A DNA stretch of 64,000 nucleotides, from positions 12,272-76,271 of IMG/VR virus record IMGVR_UViG_3300046535_001151. One strand, 5' to 3'. Positions 9,306 to 18,845 of this stretch are shown here, piece by piece (positions within the stretch are counted from its first letter, which is position 1; the number at the start of each line of letters is the position of its first letter). The notes beneath the pieces are model-generated. The model had not been told where the DNA came from. It saw only the letters and a program-made list of their open reading frames with translations, and ran no database searches. This DNA comes from a virus. The translations under genes were made by a program, and so were the position numbers.

Positions 9306-11496
9306 CCACTCCTAAGTTCTGATCCTCGGCTGTCGATGCAGAGTTTCGGAAGTCTCGCTTCGGTCCACCAGTGGCTTGGAGGTGGGCCACCATGGCGTCT
9401 CGCCTCCGCCTGCGTTCGGCCACCGGTTCGGCTTCACCACCCGCGGCTTGATGAGCCACATAGTAACCGATCGCACTGGAAAAGATGGCGTCATCGTGCT
9501 GACCCCGGGCGTGCTCGGCATCCTCCAAGGCTCCTTCGGTCACAAAGTGGTGTAACTCCCCCCGAGTGACGGTGGAGTTGAGTCTGAAGTCGGCGACTCC
9601 AGACAGGGGGTCTCGGGTGGTCACGGCATCGTGGAACTTCTCGATCAGGAGCGGTCGAGTGCGAGCAGACGTGAGCCACCCTATTCGGCGAGTAAACCTC
9701 GACGAGGCGTCGGCGGCATCGACGACCTCCCAGATGTAGAAATTGGAGTAGCCCAGATGTAACTGGAGCAGGTTTTGTACGACGGCTCCATGCTTTTCGA
9801 GTTCGATCGCGGCGAGGGCTTCGAGGCCATCTTCGTCGGTGTAGAACCTCCCGATCGCATCGGCGATGAACGCGATCTGGGCGGGCCGAATCGTATTCGA
9901 CACATATTGGGCCACATCCTCGGCGGGTTCTTCGATCGTGGGTTCTCGCACCACGGTGATCACGGTGTAGTCCTGACCGATCCCGTCGCCAGCATCCACC
10001 GCCATGTAGTACCGACGTCGGCCTCGGGCGCGAGGGTATTCGAAGATCGTCAACACCGAGGCTCTCAGGGATGGAAGTTCCTGGAGTTCTGGACCGCTGA
10101 TCCGTCTGAAGCCATAGCCCGGGGGAACCGGATACTGCTCTGCTTCTCGGACTGGCATTCGCGTGCTGAGCGGGGCAGCGGGACGTGTGTCGGCGTGGAG
10201 AGCTGCGGCTTTCGGGTCGTCCAGATCGGCATGGCGGAGTTCGGCGATCTCTCTGCTCGGTTCCACCGCCCAGACATCGCGGATCGGTCGGGCGGACTGA
10301 TCGATCGCTTGGAGTTCGTCGAGGGTGAACACACTTCTCCCGGCGTACTGGAAGGATTCCTCGGGGTTGGAGGGGAATTCCTTCAGGAAGGTGTGGAGAT
10401 TGCCCTTCTTGAGGTAGTAGGCCCGAGTCGTCTCATACCAGTAGAGCTGATCGCGGGTGAGATCGAGCTTCCGTCCAATCCATCTGGGGCAGTCCCGATC
10501 GAGTTGGGCAGCAACTTTGAGGGTCTCTGCCGAAGGACTCCAGTCAGTCGGCGCTGGCGAGGAGTATTTGCTCGCCTCCACACACCACGGGATGAACTGG
10601 TTGACGAACCGACCTTCTCCATCCTCCGCCGCGAGCCACTGTTGATGCCACCAGTCACCCGCGAGTTCAGCGGTGGATTCAAAGAGGACCAGCACATCGG
10701 GGTTGATCGGAATGCCGGGGAGGAGGGAGGAGTCGAGCTGCTCGGGGTTGTCCCAGGTGGCTAACTCAGAGATGTGCACCACCGAGTTGGTACGGCCTCT
10801 CTCGATATTGCCCTTCTTCCCACCGACTTCCTGTAGGGCTCCACGGGTCGTCTTGCCCCAGGCGGTTTTGATCGACGAGTAGTTGGTGAGATGGAGTTCT
10901 CGACCGGCACTGTAGGGCACGGCCCGTTCGGGTTTGAGGAACCACGGGAGGTGGTCGTAGATCCGCTCGACCATCCGAAACAAATAGCGGGCCTGTTCCT
11001 CGGTGTCGGACCCGGCAATGGCGCGGATGTACGGCTGCTGGAAGATCCGCTGGCTCACCAAGGCCATTCCCCACGTGGAGATCCCGAGCTGACGGGCCTT
11101 GAGAATGTTCAGTAAGAGTCCATCGCGGGACTTCGTACGATACCGCTGCATCTCCAAGGTGGCCAGCCGGTCGAGGACAAATTGCTGCGATTCCCAGAAG
11201 GGATACAGGGGCCGAATCCCGTGGCCCTCCTCGTCGATCACCACAAAGGTCTGGAGGTAGAAGGGGGTGTCGTAGGTCGCCCGGAGCTTGGCGGTCGCGG
11301 CGAATTGCTCCTCCTCCTCGGTGAGGGATCGCATCGGTTCTCCGGCGCCATCGCGACTCGCGACGATCTGAGCCGTCAAGGCTCGTGCGTCATCGACGCT
11401 GTAGGTGGGGAATCGTCCCGAGGGAAAGAGCGACCCGAAACGAGGATCCCGAAGGATTTGTTCGTCTCGGGCCGCGATGAGGCGGGGATGGTACAG
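9232..11496 (-). CDS. terL: Terminase large subunit (probable CTG start)
   Basis: ILKARQLGIST (Walker A), VHISE (Walker B), FESTA coupling motif, AVDAGDG..D and HDD nuclease motifs. Confidence 0.92.
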   Translation of the reverse strand: MYHPRLIAARDEQILRDPRFGSLFPSGRFPTYSVDDARALTAQIVASRDGAGEPMRSLTEEEEQFAATAKLRATYDTPFYLQTFVVIDEEGHGIRPLYPFWESQQFVLDRLATLEMQRYRTKSRDGLLLNILKARQLGISTWGMALVSQRIFQQPYIRAIAGSDTEEQARYLFRMVERIYDHLPWFLKPERAVPYSAGRELHLTNYSSIKTAWGKTTRGALQEVGGKKGNIERGRTNSVVHISELATWDNPEQLDSSLLPGIPINPDVLVLFESTAELAGDWWHQQWLAAEDGEGRFVNQFIPWCVEASKYSSPAPTDWSPSAETLKVAAQLDRDCPRWIGRKLDLTRDQLYWYETTRAYYLKKGNLHTFLKEFPSNPEESFQYAGRSVFTLDELQAIDQSARPIRDVWAVEPSREIAELRHADLDDPKAAALHADTRPAAPLSTRMPVREAEQYPVPPGYGFRRISGPELQELPSLRASVLTIFEYPRARGRRRYYMAVDAGDGIGQDYTVITVVREPTIEEPAEDVAQYVSNTIRPAQIAFIADAIGRFYTDEDGLEALAAIELEKHGAVVQNLLQLHLGYSNFYIWEVVDAADASSRFTRRIGWLTSARTRPLLIEKFHDAVTTRDPLSGVADFRLNSTVTRGELHHFVTEGALEDAEHARGQHDDAIFSSAIGYYVAHQAAGGEAEPVAERRRRRDAMVAHLQATGGPKRDFRNSASTAEDQNLGVDDAREGIDDDAPDALYFGSDRSSA

Positions 11497-11504
11497 AGAG
11501 GCTC

Positions 11505-11681
11505 CTACTGAGGGGGAATGCTATCGACCGCGGCCTTGATCGTGTCGAGACCCGAGGCAATCGTGTCGAGATCCGCCTGCGTAGCGACCGCAGGTCCACG
11601 GGCAGCAATCGCCGTGGCGAGCGTGGTGATCGCGGTGGATAGGTCAGCGAGTTTGGTCGTGATGTCAGCGACAGTAGCCAT
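11505..11681 (-). CDS. Small coiled-coil protein
   Basis: MATVADITTKL; AGGAGG SD. Confidence 0.65.
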   Translation of the reverse strand: MATVADITTKLADLSTAITTLATAIAARGPAVATQADLDTIASGLDTIKAAVDSIPPQ

Positions 11682-11719
11682 GAAATCTCTCCTCCTGAAA
11701 ATGATGAATCCGAAAAAAG

Positions 11720-12058
11720 TCATGCACCAACCACATCGAGGGCGAGTTCAAGGGCCATCACCGTGGCGAGGATCGCGGGGTTGTCTTGATCCGCGGCGGG
11801 GAGATCCTGATAGACCGTGGTCAGGGCTATTCGGGCAATCGCAGGCCACTTGGATCCACTCGCGTCAGCAGCGATGGCTTTCTGGGCCGTGTCCAAGGCG
11901 ATCGACACCGCGGGTGGCACGTTCGGCAGCGCGTTGACCTCGGCTTGGAGCGTGGTGAGAAGCGCGGCGATCTGCGAGGGGGTCAGGTGGACCCGGCAGG
12001 CCGTCCCGAAGAGGAGCGAGACACTGAGCACCGCCGCACACAGTCGGGATCGGATCAT
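11720..12058 (-). CDS. Putative lipoprotein, spanin-like
   Basis: Signal peptide ending in lipobox-like LLFGTA-C; lysis context. Confidence 0.45.
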   Translation of the reverse strand: MIRSRLCAAVLSVSLLFGTACRVHLTPSQIAALLTTLQAEVNALPNVPPAVSIALDTAQKAIAADASGSKWPAIARIALTTVYQDLPAADQDNPAILATVMALELALDVVGA

Positions 12059-12059
12059 C

Positions 12060-12410
12060 TTAGGCCCCTCTGAACATGGGAAATTTCTGATCGAGTTTGG
12101 CGAGGAGTTCGCCGGTGTTTTGGAGCGCACAGATCACCGCGGTGGCCGAGGCGATCACGAGGATCTCGCGGATCTTGATGTGATCGAGAACCTGGAGGTT
12201 GATCACCGTGCCGGCGATCCCGAGGCCCGAGGTGGCCAGTAGCGATTGGATGAAGGCCCGCCCCGAGCGGATCAGGATCGAGGCGATCGGGGTGATCGTC
12301 TGGTAGATGATGTTCGGTTCGTGCTCGCGGGTTTCGATGATCCCGGTGATGGGCTGATCGTCTCGGCGCACACCGGTCACGACAATGGACGGTTCAGTCG
12401 TCGAGGCCAT
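12060..12410 (-). CDS. Putative holin
   Basis: Hydrophobic segments; RSGRAFIQSLLA and ALQNTGELL resemble holin patterns. Confidence 0.55.
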   Translation of the reverse strand: MASTTEPSIVVTGVRRDDQPITGIIETREHEPNIIYQTITPIASILIRSGRAFIQSLLATSGLGIAGTVINLQVLDHIKIREILVIASATAVICALQNTGELLAKLDQKFPMFRGA

Positions 12411-12613
12411 CAGGTGTCCTTCACCGGAAACGAGTCACCACACTGGTGGCAGTGGGCCGTGCCGTCCCGATGGAGGGTGATTCTATGCGACTCGGTAGTG
12501 TTTGCACAGGTGCAGGTCGGGCAGATCAAGGTCAGGGCCACGGCGTGACGATGCGCGTCGTCGAGGAAGGGGAAGACCGTGCGAATCGCCTCGTGAAATT
12601 GATCGGGCATCAC
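12410..12613 (-). CDS. Zinc-finger small protein
   Basis: CPTC...CHQCG. Confidence 0.6.
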   Translation of the reverse strand: MMPDQFHEAIRTVFPFLDDAHRHAVALTLICPTCTCANTTESHRITLHRDGTAHCHQCGDSFPVKDT

Positions 12614-13713
12614 GGTTTCACGAAGACTTGACAGTTCATCCCCATCGCATCGCAGAAGCGGAACGTCGGCGGCACGCTGTTATCCTGTTGGAAGATTCCC
12701 GGCAGCGTCGTCCACACCGGCGGCGGCGGGGTATCTCCCACCTGCACCGTGACCACCAGCAGGGACGTAGCCTGCTCATTCGCCTGAATCCCCGGCCTCC
12801 CGCCGTTGCTGTCCTGTTGCCAGATCGCCGCCACCTTATGCGTCCCCGGCCCGAGAATCGCCGGATCGAACGGCGAGGGCAGGATCAGCGTCCGGTTGGC
12901 GGGCGCCGTGCCTTCGTTAATCAGGATGCCTTCGCTGTCATGGTGCAGGTCCATGTCGTAGCGCGTCATGCCGATGCCATCCGGCAGGTCGGGATCCACG
13001 ATGTAGCCAAAGAGCTTCGGCGTGGTGCCCGTAATCGCGGTCGTAATCGGCGCCAGAATCGGGATGATGTAATCGTATTGCGTGGCCGTCCCGCCAATCT
13101 TGCCTTCGGGCATATCGTGCAGCGACGACGGGTTGTTGTTCGTGCCGATGTAGGGTCCACCCTGAGCTAAGAACTCCTCCGGCGCCGACGGGTCCACCAT
13201 CGAGAAGAACGGCAGGATCAGGATGTTATCCGTGAAGTCGCCGTTTTTGAAGTAGGTCCGCGCAATGGCCTGGACGGCAAACCAGCCCTTCTTCGGCACG
13301 GTATGCCCCGACACCCCGTCATTCCACGAGAGGCTGAAATCCACGGTGAAGTGTCCGGTGATGCTGACCACCCCAGTCGGATCGCCGACCAGCGGCAGGG
13401 GCCGGTCAAAGACCACGTTGTTAATCAGCGGTCCCCGCACCGGCACATAATCCGTGATCGCGCCTTCGACCTGAAACAGCGTGATACTGAAGGGCACCGT
13501 AAAACTGGCGCCCATCTCCCCATACACCGGGCTCGTGATGTCCAGATGTGTATGCGCCAGCGAGGGCGAGTGCATCTGGGGCACCGTCGTGGGGTCTGGA
13601 TTGCTGTTCCCCGGCCGCCAGTGGGCTTGCGCCGAGATAGTGGGCCACTTCGACGGGTCTGCGTATTCCGTCACCGTCGGATCATAGGGATAGGCGTGAA
13701 TCTTGATGGACAC
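12610..13713 (-). CDS. Hypothetical beta-rich protein
   Basis: GTG start overlapping upstream TAG; 367 aa; HTHLD motif. Confidence 0.6.
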   Translation of the reverse strand: MSIKIHAYPYDPTVTEYADPSKWPTISAQAHWRPGNSNPDPTTVPQMHSPSLAHTHLDITSPVYGEMGASFTVPFSITLFQVEGAITDYVPVRGPLINNVVFDRPLPLVGDPTGVVSITGHFTVDFSLSWNDGVSGHTVPKKGWFAVQAIARTYFKNGDFTDNILILPFFSMVDPSAPEEFLAQGGPYIGTNNNPSSLHDMPEGKIGGTATQYDYIIPILAPITTAITGTTPKLFGYIVDPDLPDGIGMTRYDMDLHHDSEGILINEGTAPANRTLILPSPFDPAILGPGTHKVAAIWQQDSNGGRPGIQANEQATSLLVVTVQVGDTPPPPVWTTLPGIFQQDNSVPPTFRFCDAMGMNCQVFVKP

Positions 13714-14870
13714 TAGGTTCTCCTGAATCGGGTTAGCCCCTGCGAGGGGCCGGATTGATCGGCTTGCCAGCCGGCGCATGCCGTGGGCTGACTCCGCTGC
13801 GTCTGCACTTGTGTCACCCAGCACTGCGGTTCGATGATCTTGCCGTAGCTACGGGTTTCGAGATCGTCGCTGTGGTGACAGATTGCGGGGGCGTCTAACG
13901 GGGCGTAGGTCCAGTGACAGCCGCCATCGCCCTGTTCTTCGCCGCGCATGAACAACTCGATCTGGGTTTGTGCGGGTACCCACGCGGCAGCTTGGAAGAA
14001 GGCCACGGCACAGGATCGCTGAATCGGCTGGAGAGGACGAGACAAGATCCCGCTGTCGGAGTGGAAGGTGGATCCGGCTCCTTCGAGTTGTCCTACCGCG
14101 GCGGCATCGGCGAAGTTCCCCGGGTCCGTGTCGCGCTTCCCGTCGATGGCGACTTCAGCCGCCCCCATGATCTCGTCAGAGACGACTGGGACATGGGCGA
14201 TCTGTCGGACGTCGAGTTCATCTTTCAGGTGCCTCGGCCAGTCGGCTGATCGGGGAGGGTGGATCGTGACCCAGTCGCCTGCGTAGGATCCATCACCGGC
14301 TCCTGTGGCGATCATGCGGCCGGGACCTTTGATCCGCTGGTAGATCGCATACGCCCGTGCATCGCCACCATTCAGGTTGCTGTGCTGACTCGGTTCGTTG
14401 GCGACTTCTCCGAAGGCGTTTGGCTCATCGAGAATCTCAGCGGCCCGATCGATATGGGCATCCAGCTCCGCGTCGGACATGATGTCGGCACTGTCGGCGC
14501 AGAACACAAACGAGAAGCGGCAGCTCCAGCGGGAGAAGAGGTAGCGAGCGAAGGGTTTGAGTTCGGTGTAGTACGTCTCACCCCAGTCTTGTGGATGGAG
14601 ACGAGCGAAGGAGTTCACCATCCCGAGGACCCGCATCGTGTTGGGGCCGGGATTCAGCGAGAGATAGTCGGCCATGGTGGGATCGATCGCGGCGGGACCG
14701 CCCATCAGCCAGAGCTGGTAGAGGAGGAAGTTGGTCATGCCGCGGTAGGGCCAGATCGCGTTCTGCTCGTCCTTGAAGACGAGGCCGTCAATGTGGATCC
14801 GGCCGGTCTGTCCAGCCCCGGATCCGCCACCGCTGCCGCCGAGGATCACATGGGCGAGCGCGGGTCTCAT
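13713..14870 (-). CDS. Clan GH-A (GH5-like) glycoside hydrolase-like protein
   Basis: NTMRVLG, GEVANEP (acid/base) and PVVSDEIMG (nucleophile) motifs; ATG at 14870. Confidence 0.6.
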   Translation of the reverse strand: MRPALAHVILGGSGGGSGAGQTGRIHIDGLVFKDEQNAIWPYRGMTNFLLYQLWLMGGPAAIDPTMADYLSLNPGPNTMRVLGMVNSFARLHPQDWGETYYTELKPFARYLFSRWSCRFSFVFCADSADIMSDAELDAHIDRAAEILDEPNAFGEVANEPSQHSNLNGGDARAYAIYQRIKGPGRMIATGAGDGSYAGDWVTIHPPRSADWPRHLKDELDVRQIAHVPVVSDEIMGAAEVAIDGKRDTDPGNFADAAAVGQLEGAGSTFHSDSGILSRPLQPIQRSCAVAFFQAAAWVPAQTQIELFMRGEEQGDGGCHWTYAPLDAPAICHHSDDLETRSYGKIIEPQCWVTQVQTQRSQPTACAGWQADQSGPSQGLTRFRRT

Positions 14871-15151
14871 AGCATCGTCAGTCCGGCGCCGGGAATGATC
14901 GTGCCCGGGCAGTTGGGCCGGTCGGGCACCATCAGCAGGTTGCCGTTCACGATCGAGTAGATCGTAAAGCCGCTCACCTGATCGGGCGGGACGGCTTCGA
15001 GTCTCACCGGGGTCTCGGTGAAGAAGGTGGCGAGAATGGTCGCGGATCCGCGTGGGTAGTGCACACAGACCTTCCCGGGGATCCGGTTCCCGTCGCTGTT
15101 GATCGCGGGAAACAGTTGATCCTGGAGAATGATGTCGACGTGATCGATCAT
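14867..15151 (-). CDS. Hypothetical protein
   Basis: 94 aa, ATGA-coupled. Confidence 0.55.
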   Translation of the reverse strand: MIDHVDIILQDQLFPAINSDGNRIPGKVCVHYPRGSATILATFFTETPVRLEAVPPDQVSGFTIYSIVNGNLLMVPDRPNCPGTIIPGAGLTML

Positions 15152-15543
15152 GCAACAGCTCCTTCTGGCACAGTTTGGATCGTGAGTCGGACGTCTTCGT
15201 GACTCGCCAGCGCCTGTGCGATCATGCCTTGGACCTTGGTGAGGGCGATCCGGGATTCACTCAGGCTGTCCACGAGGACTCCACGCCCGACGAGGATACA
15301 CCCATCGGTATCCAAGTCGGTATTGCCGGCGTGGATGCGGATCCCTGATCGGCCTTCGACATTCTCCACGAGCGGGAGGAGACGACCGAATCGTGTGGAG
15401 GGGGTGATCACCACCGGATACGTGCCGAGGGGGATCATGCGGGAGGATTTTTCAAGGGTGAAACAGATCCAGACGCCGTCGATTAGGAGATCGCCCAGGA
15501 CGACCCCGTCCGCCGGCACTTGACGGGTGAGCGTCATTCTCAC
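15148..15543 (-). CDS. DUF5675 family protein (putative endolysin)
   Basis: CFTLE...IPLGTY...RSGIRIHAGN..DTDGCILVG signature. Confidence 0.85.
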   Translation of the reverse strand: MRMTLTRQVPADGVVLGDLLIDGVWICFTLEKSSRMIPLGTYPVVITPSTRFGRLLPLVENVEGRSGIRIHAGNTDLDTDGCILVGRGVLVDSLSESRIALTKVQGMIAQALASHEDVRLTIQTVPEGAVA

Positions 15544-15824
15544 CTGTTACCCTCACCACTTCTGTTTCCAGTTTGGAAGTCGATTCGATTCTGTGTCGCT
15601 TCGACCCGACCGATCATTCTGGCCAACCGTTCCCCCACCACCACCTGGGTTTCTTCGTAGCGATCGAGCCGGTCGGCGTGCTGGCTGAGGATCGAGGTAT
15701 GCCCTTGCACCAACTGTTGGAGGGTGCCGAGGCGAAGGCCAATCCCGATGGCGGCGGTCAGGATACTCACGGCAATGGCCAGACTTCCCAACAGATCACT
15801 CGTGACTTGGAGTCCGAACAGCAT
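15540..15824 (-). CDS. Single-TM coiled-coil protein (holin/antiholin-like)
   Basis: N-terminal hydrophobic helix then coiled coil; precedes DUF5675. Confidence 0.5.
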   Translation of the reverse strand: MLFGLQVTSDLLGSLAIAVSILTAAIGIGLRLGTLQQLVQGHTSILSQHADRLDRYEETQVVVGERLARMIGRVEATQNRIDFQTGNRSGEGNR

Positions 15825-16560
15825 CAGGGGGATCCTCCGGGGGCAATTCGATCGGGGTACGGAGGATCCCGCTCAGGGCATCGTGCAGCCGATCGAGGGT
15901 ACCGCCGGGTCTCCCACCACTCGCGGTGGCGATGACATTCGTTTGGACGTTGGTGTTGACGTTGACACTGCCACCCTTCTGCAGGAAGCCCAGAAGGCCG
16001 AGGACGACCTTCTGATGATCGAGGCTGGAGGCGATCACGACGGACCCGGATCCTTTGCAGGTGCCACAGTCCTTCGCGTCGATCTCACCCGAGCCTTCAC
16101 AACTTGCACAGGGCTGGGTCGTGGTCTGGCATTTGTCGAGGATGTCTTTGACGATGGCGGGGACTTGATCGGCGATCTCGCTGATGGCCTGCACATGGGC
16201 TCGAGCGAGATGTCCCCGCTTGTAGGCATCGAACAGCTGGCCGATCGTGCAGTCCGCTTCCACACAGAGTTCCACGAGCGGAAGGGATTTCAGTGTGGAG
16301 GTCGCGAGTTTGTTGACGAGGCGCTGTTCGAACGGCTGGAGCTTCGGGTTCGATTCGATCACCGCGATCAACTGGGCTCGTCCACCGACGGTGTCTTCAA
16401 AGGTGGCGAGCGCGTCTTGTACAGGTGAGGGAGGGAAATCTTCGGGATCGATCACCGCGAGGGACTGTGGTTCGGACTGTTGTGGGCGTCGATGGCCTCG
16501 TCCCCCGGTCAGCCCGGGACCGTGCATATTGCCGCGGGGGGTCTGCATCAGGACTTTCAT
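15796..16560 (-). CDS. Putative terminase small subunit with DnaJ-type zinc finger
   Basis: CASCEGSG and CGTCKGSG repeats; VNVNTNVQ C-terminal strand; near start of late operon. Confidence 0.45.
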   Translation of the reverse strand: MKVLMQTPRGNMHGPGLTGGRGHRRPQQSEPQSLAVIDPEDFPPSPVQDALATFEDTVGGRAQLIAVIESNPKLQPFEQRLVNKLATSTLKSLPLVELCVEADCTIGQLFDAYKRGHLARAHVQAISEIADQVPAIVKDILDKCQTTTQPCASCEGSGEIDAKDCGTCKGSGSVVIASSLDHQKVVLGLLGFLQKGGSVNVNTNVQTNVIATASGGRPGGTLDRLHDALSGILRTPIELPPEDPPDAVRTPSHE

Positions 16561-16877
16561 TGAACCCGCAGACCGCCAGTGCCTAACTTTTCATCGAGGA
16601 AATCCACGATCTCCTGCTCCGTCGGAATATGGCCGGTTTGTTCGTAGACCTTCTGGGTGAAGGCAGCAATGGCCACCTGTTCAGCATCTCTGGAGTAGGT
16701 GATATTGGTGACTTCTTTCACGGCCACATCATCCAGTGGTTCCTCAGGCATCGGGATGAGATACGGCGCGAGCTTCTCCAGCAGCAGGGTTTGTTTGCGC
16801 TGTGACTCCGCAAGGGATTCCACCGCACGAATGAATCTGCGTTGACTGAACAGGCTGGCGAACCGCGGCAGTTTCAC
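16557..16877 (-). CDS. Hypothetical protein
   Basis: GTG start overlapping upstream TGA; AGGAGG SD. Confidence 0.6.
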   Translation of the reverse strand: MKLPRFASLFSQRRFIRAVESLAESQRKQTLLLEKLAPYLIPMPEEPLDDVAVKEVTNITYSRDAEQVAIAAFTQKVYEQTGHIPTEQEIVDFLDEKLGTGGLRVQ

Positions 16878-17056
16878 TCCAACCCTCCTTTGGCTACATG
16901 AAACTGCACCACACACGCCGCACAGTGACACCGTCCTCGCCCAATCCAGGTGATCTTCTTCTCCTGAATCAACAACAGCACCTCTTCCTCACAGAAGATA
17001 CACCGTTTATGGATCAGTTCATCGCCGCCGAGGAGGGTTTCGACCAGTGTGGTCAT
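16874..17056 (-). CDS. Small zinc-finger protein
   Basis: MTTLVETLL...CIFC...CAAC; TATACT -10-like box just upstream. Confidence 0.5.
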   Translation of the reverse strand: MTTLVETLLGGDELIHKRCIFCEEEVLLLIQEKKITWIGRGRCHCAACVVQFHVAKGGLE

Positions 17057-17253
17057 GGAGAATCTCTGCCGGAGAGTATAGAGGGAAGTGGGGAAATGTG
17101 GATCACAGGGGGGTGCACACAAAAATATATCGTGCAACAACTTGAAAAAATTATCGGTGAAGTCAGTGCACGGACAGCCACCCCCCACCCTACCCTCCCG
17201 GACAATGACCCGCCTATCGTCGACGGCCGCGGGACAGTCGAGCGGGACTAGAC

Positions 17254-17308
17254 AGCTGTCGACACTCGACCTCGAGCTAGTGAGCTGTCGACACTGCCGG
17301 CTCGAGCT
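17254..17308. repeat. Direct repeat AGCTGTCGACACT-N4/5-CTCGAGCT x2
   Basis: Copies at 17254-17278 and 17283-17308. Confidence 0.8.
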
Positions 17309-17348
17309 GTAGATCTGTTGGTGGTCGACCGATAGTCTAATTGACAGG

Positions 17349-17377
17349 TTGACAGGTTGACAGGATGTATGTATAGT
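17349..17377 (+). promoter_or_regulatory. Strong sigma70-type early promoter
   Basis: TTGACA-N17-TATAGT inside (TTGACAGG)x3 at 17341-17364. Confidence 0.85.
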
Positions 17378-17395
17378 TGGATTGGAGGTAGGGAG

Positions 17396-17617
17396 ATGAG
17401 ACGAGCTAAGTTTGACGGCGGCCGTTATCACGTGGTCATTGTTGACGAACAAGATCTAAACGCGGTCGAGCCCGAGTCTGCACTGATCGAAAAGGACGAT
17501 TTGGAGTTGTGTAAGAACATCCTGGCGGAATATCTCAGTGATACTGCCGGCATTGTTCGGGCGTTTATCGAGGATTCGACCACAGGTAAACACGTCTATA
17601 CCTGGATTAGGAACTAA
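17396..17617 (+). CDS. Early hypothetical protein
   Basis: GGAGG SD, ATG at 17396. Confidence 0.65.
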   Translation: MRRAKFDGGRYHVVIVDEQDLNAVEPESALIEKDDLELCKNILAEYLSDTAGIVRAFIEDSTTGKHVYTWIRN

Positions 17618-17630
17618 CTACTCCCAGTGA

Positions 17631-17664
17631 TGACAATTTTTGTCACGACTGACACTTTTTGTCA
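17631..17664. promoter_or_regulatory. Tandem palindromic operator-like sites TGACA-N5-TGTCA
   Basis: 17631-17645 and 17650-17664. Confidence 0.65.
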
Positions 17665-17677
17665 CTTACCTGTCAGG

Positions 17678-17706
17678 TTGACAGGCGCCCGCGACTCTGC
17701 TACATT
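17678..17706 (+). promoter_or_regulatory. Sigma70-type early promoter
   Basis: TTGACA-N17-TACATT with extended -10 TG. Confidence 0.8.
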
Positions 17707-17762
17707 CAGTTTGCCCACAGTCGCTAGCATTCAGCTAGCACGGTTGGGCGGAGGTGATGCAC

Positions 17763-18845
17763 ATGGAACTTTTTCACGCCAATCAACAGTGGTCGACCCG
17801 TCCCGCAGATCAGGAATTCCCCACCGTTCAGGCGTTGTTCGATGCCACCAAGGCGTACGCGGATACCGCAAGGGAACGTCCAAACGTATCGGTTAACTCC
17901 CTCAGAGTTGAGGCGATCGACGGTGATGTTCAGCTTGTCGGCCGCGGCGGAGTGCCCGCACGGTTGACCCACTGGTCATTCGGTCAGCTCGCCGCACGGG
18001 TTGAGGCGCCCGCCAGCTACTTGCGCGATCTCCCTGCCACCCTCGCGGCACAGAACCTCAATCACGGGCTAGCCCGGAGGGTTGCCTCCGATCAGGATGC
18101 GACCGCGAACCTACTGTTTCACACCAACGGGTCGCTGCTACTGCGGGCGATTACCTCGGACAAGTACTCACGCGTCTGGAACTATGAGGTAGCCGAGCGC
18201 TTGCTCGAGCTGCAGGCGAGTGGATGGACTCCGGCAACTCCGGACGTGCGGTCGATGGGTGAGGGCGATCGGGTTCCGCTGTACGCCAGTGACCACGATA
18301 TGTTCGCATTTCTGATGCATCCTGATCGTGAGGTCAGGGAGATCGGGAACCCGTCAGGACTCAAACGCGGATTGATCGCGGGTAACTCCGAGGTCGGAGG
18401 CGGGTCACTGTGGCTGTTGAGGTTTCTGTACCGTGAAATGTGCGGGAATCACATTATCTGGGGGGCGGAAGATGTCAGCGAGATCCGGGCCCGGCATGTG
18501 GGCAACGTCCGGGACACCTTCGCGAAGTGGCAGATCGACATCCGGCGATATCTGGACGAGTCGCCGCTTGCCCAGGAAGCGAAGATCGCTGAGGCACAGA
18601 CCCGCAAGATCGCCGGCACGAAGGAGCAGCTGTTAGACGCCTTGTTCGGTAAACGGTCACTGGGACTCAGTCGCAAGGCGTTAGAGGCGTCATTCGACGC
18701 GGTCGTACCGGATCAGGATGGTGACCCGTTGACGGTCTGGGGGTACGCCCAAGGCGTCACGCGATACAGTCAGACCCTCGATTACACCGATGAACGAGTC
18801 AAGATCGATCGGGCCGCGGGCAAACTGTTAGAGATGGCATTCTAG
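17763..18845 (+). CDS. DUF932-like family protein
   Basis: THWSFGQLA, LYASDHDMFAF, NSEVG, FLYREMCGNH, H-V-G motifs. Confidence 0.75.
   Translation: MELFHANQQWSTRPADQEFPTVQALFDATKAYADTARERPNVSVNSLRVEAIDGDVQLVGRGGVPARLTHWSFGQLAARVEAPASYLRDLPATLAAQNLNHGLARRVASDQDATANLLFHTNGSLLLRAITSDKYSRVWNYEVAERLLELQASGWTPATPDVRSMGEGDRVPLYASDHDMFAFLMHPDREVREIGNPSGLKRGLIAGNSEVGGGSLWLLRFLYREMCGNHIIWGAEDVSEIRARHVGNVRDTFAKWQIDIRRYLDESPLAQEAKIAEAQTRKIAGTKEQLLDALFGKRSLGLSRKALEASFDAVVPDQDGDPLTVWGYAQGVTRYSQTLDYTDERVKIDRAAGKLLEMAF

Noticed and set aside
16874-17452. 192-aa minus-strand ORF spanning the divergence region
   Set aside because: Upstream part runs through repeats and promoters; only the last 60 codons from the ATG at 17056 look real
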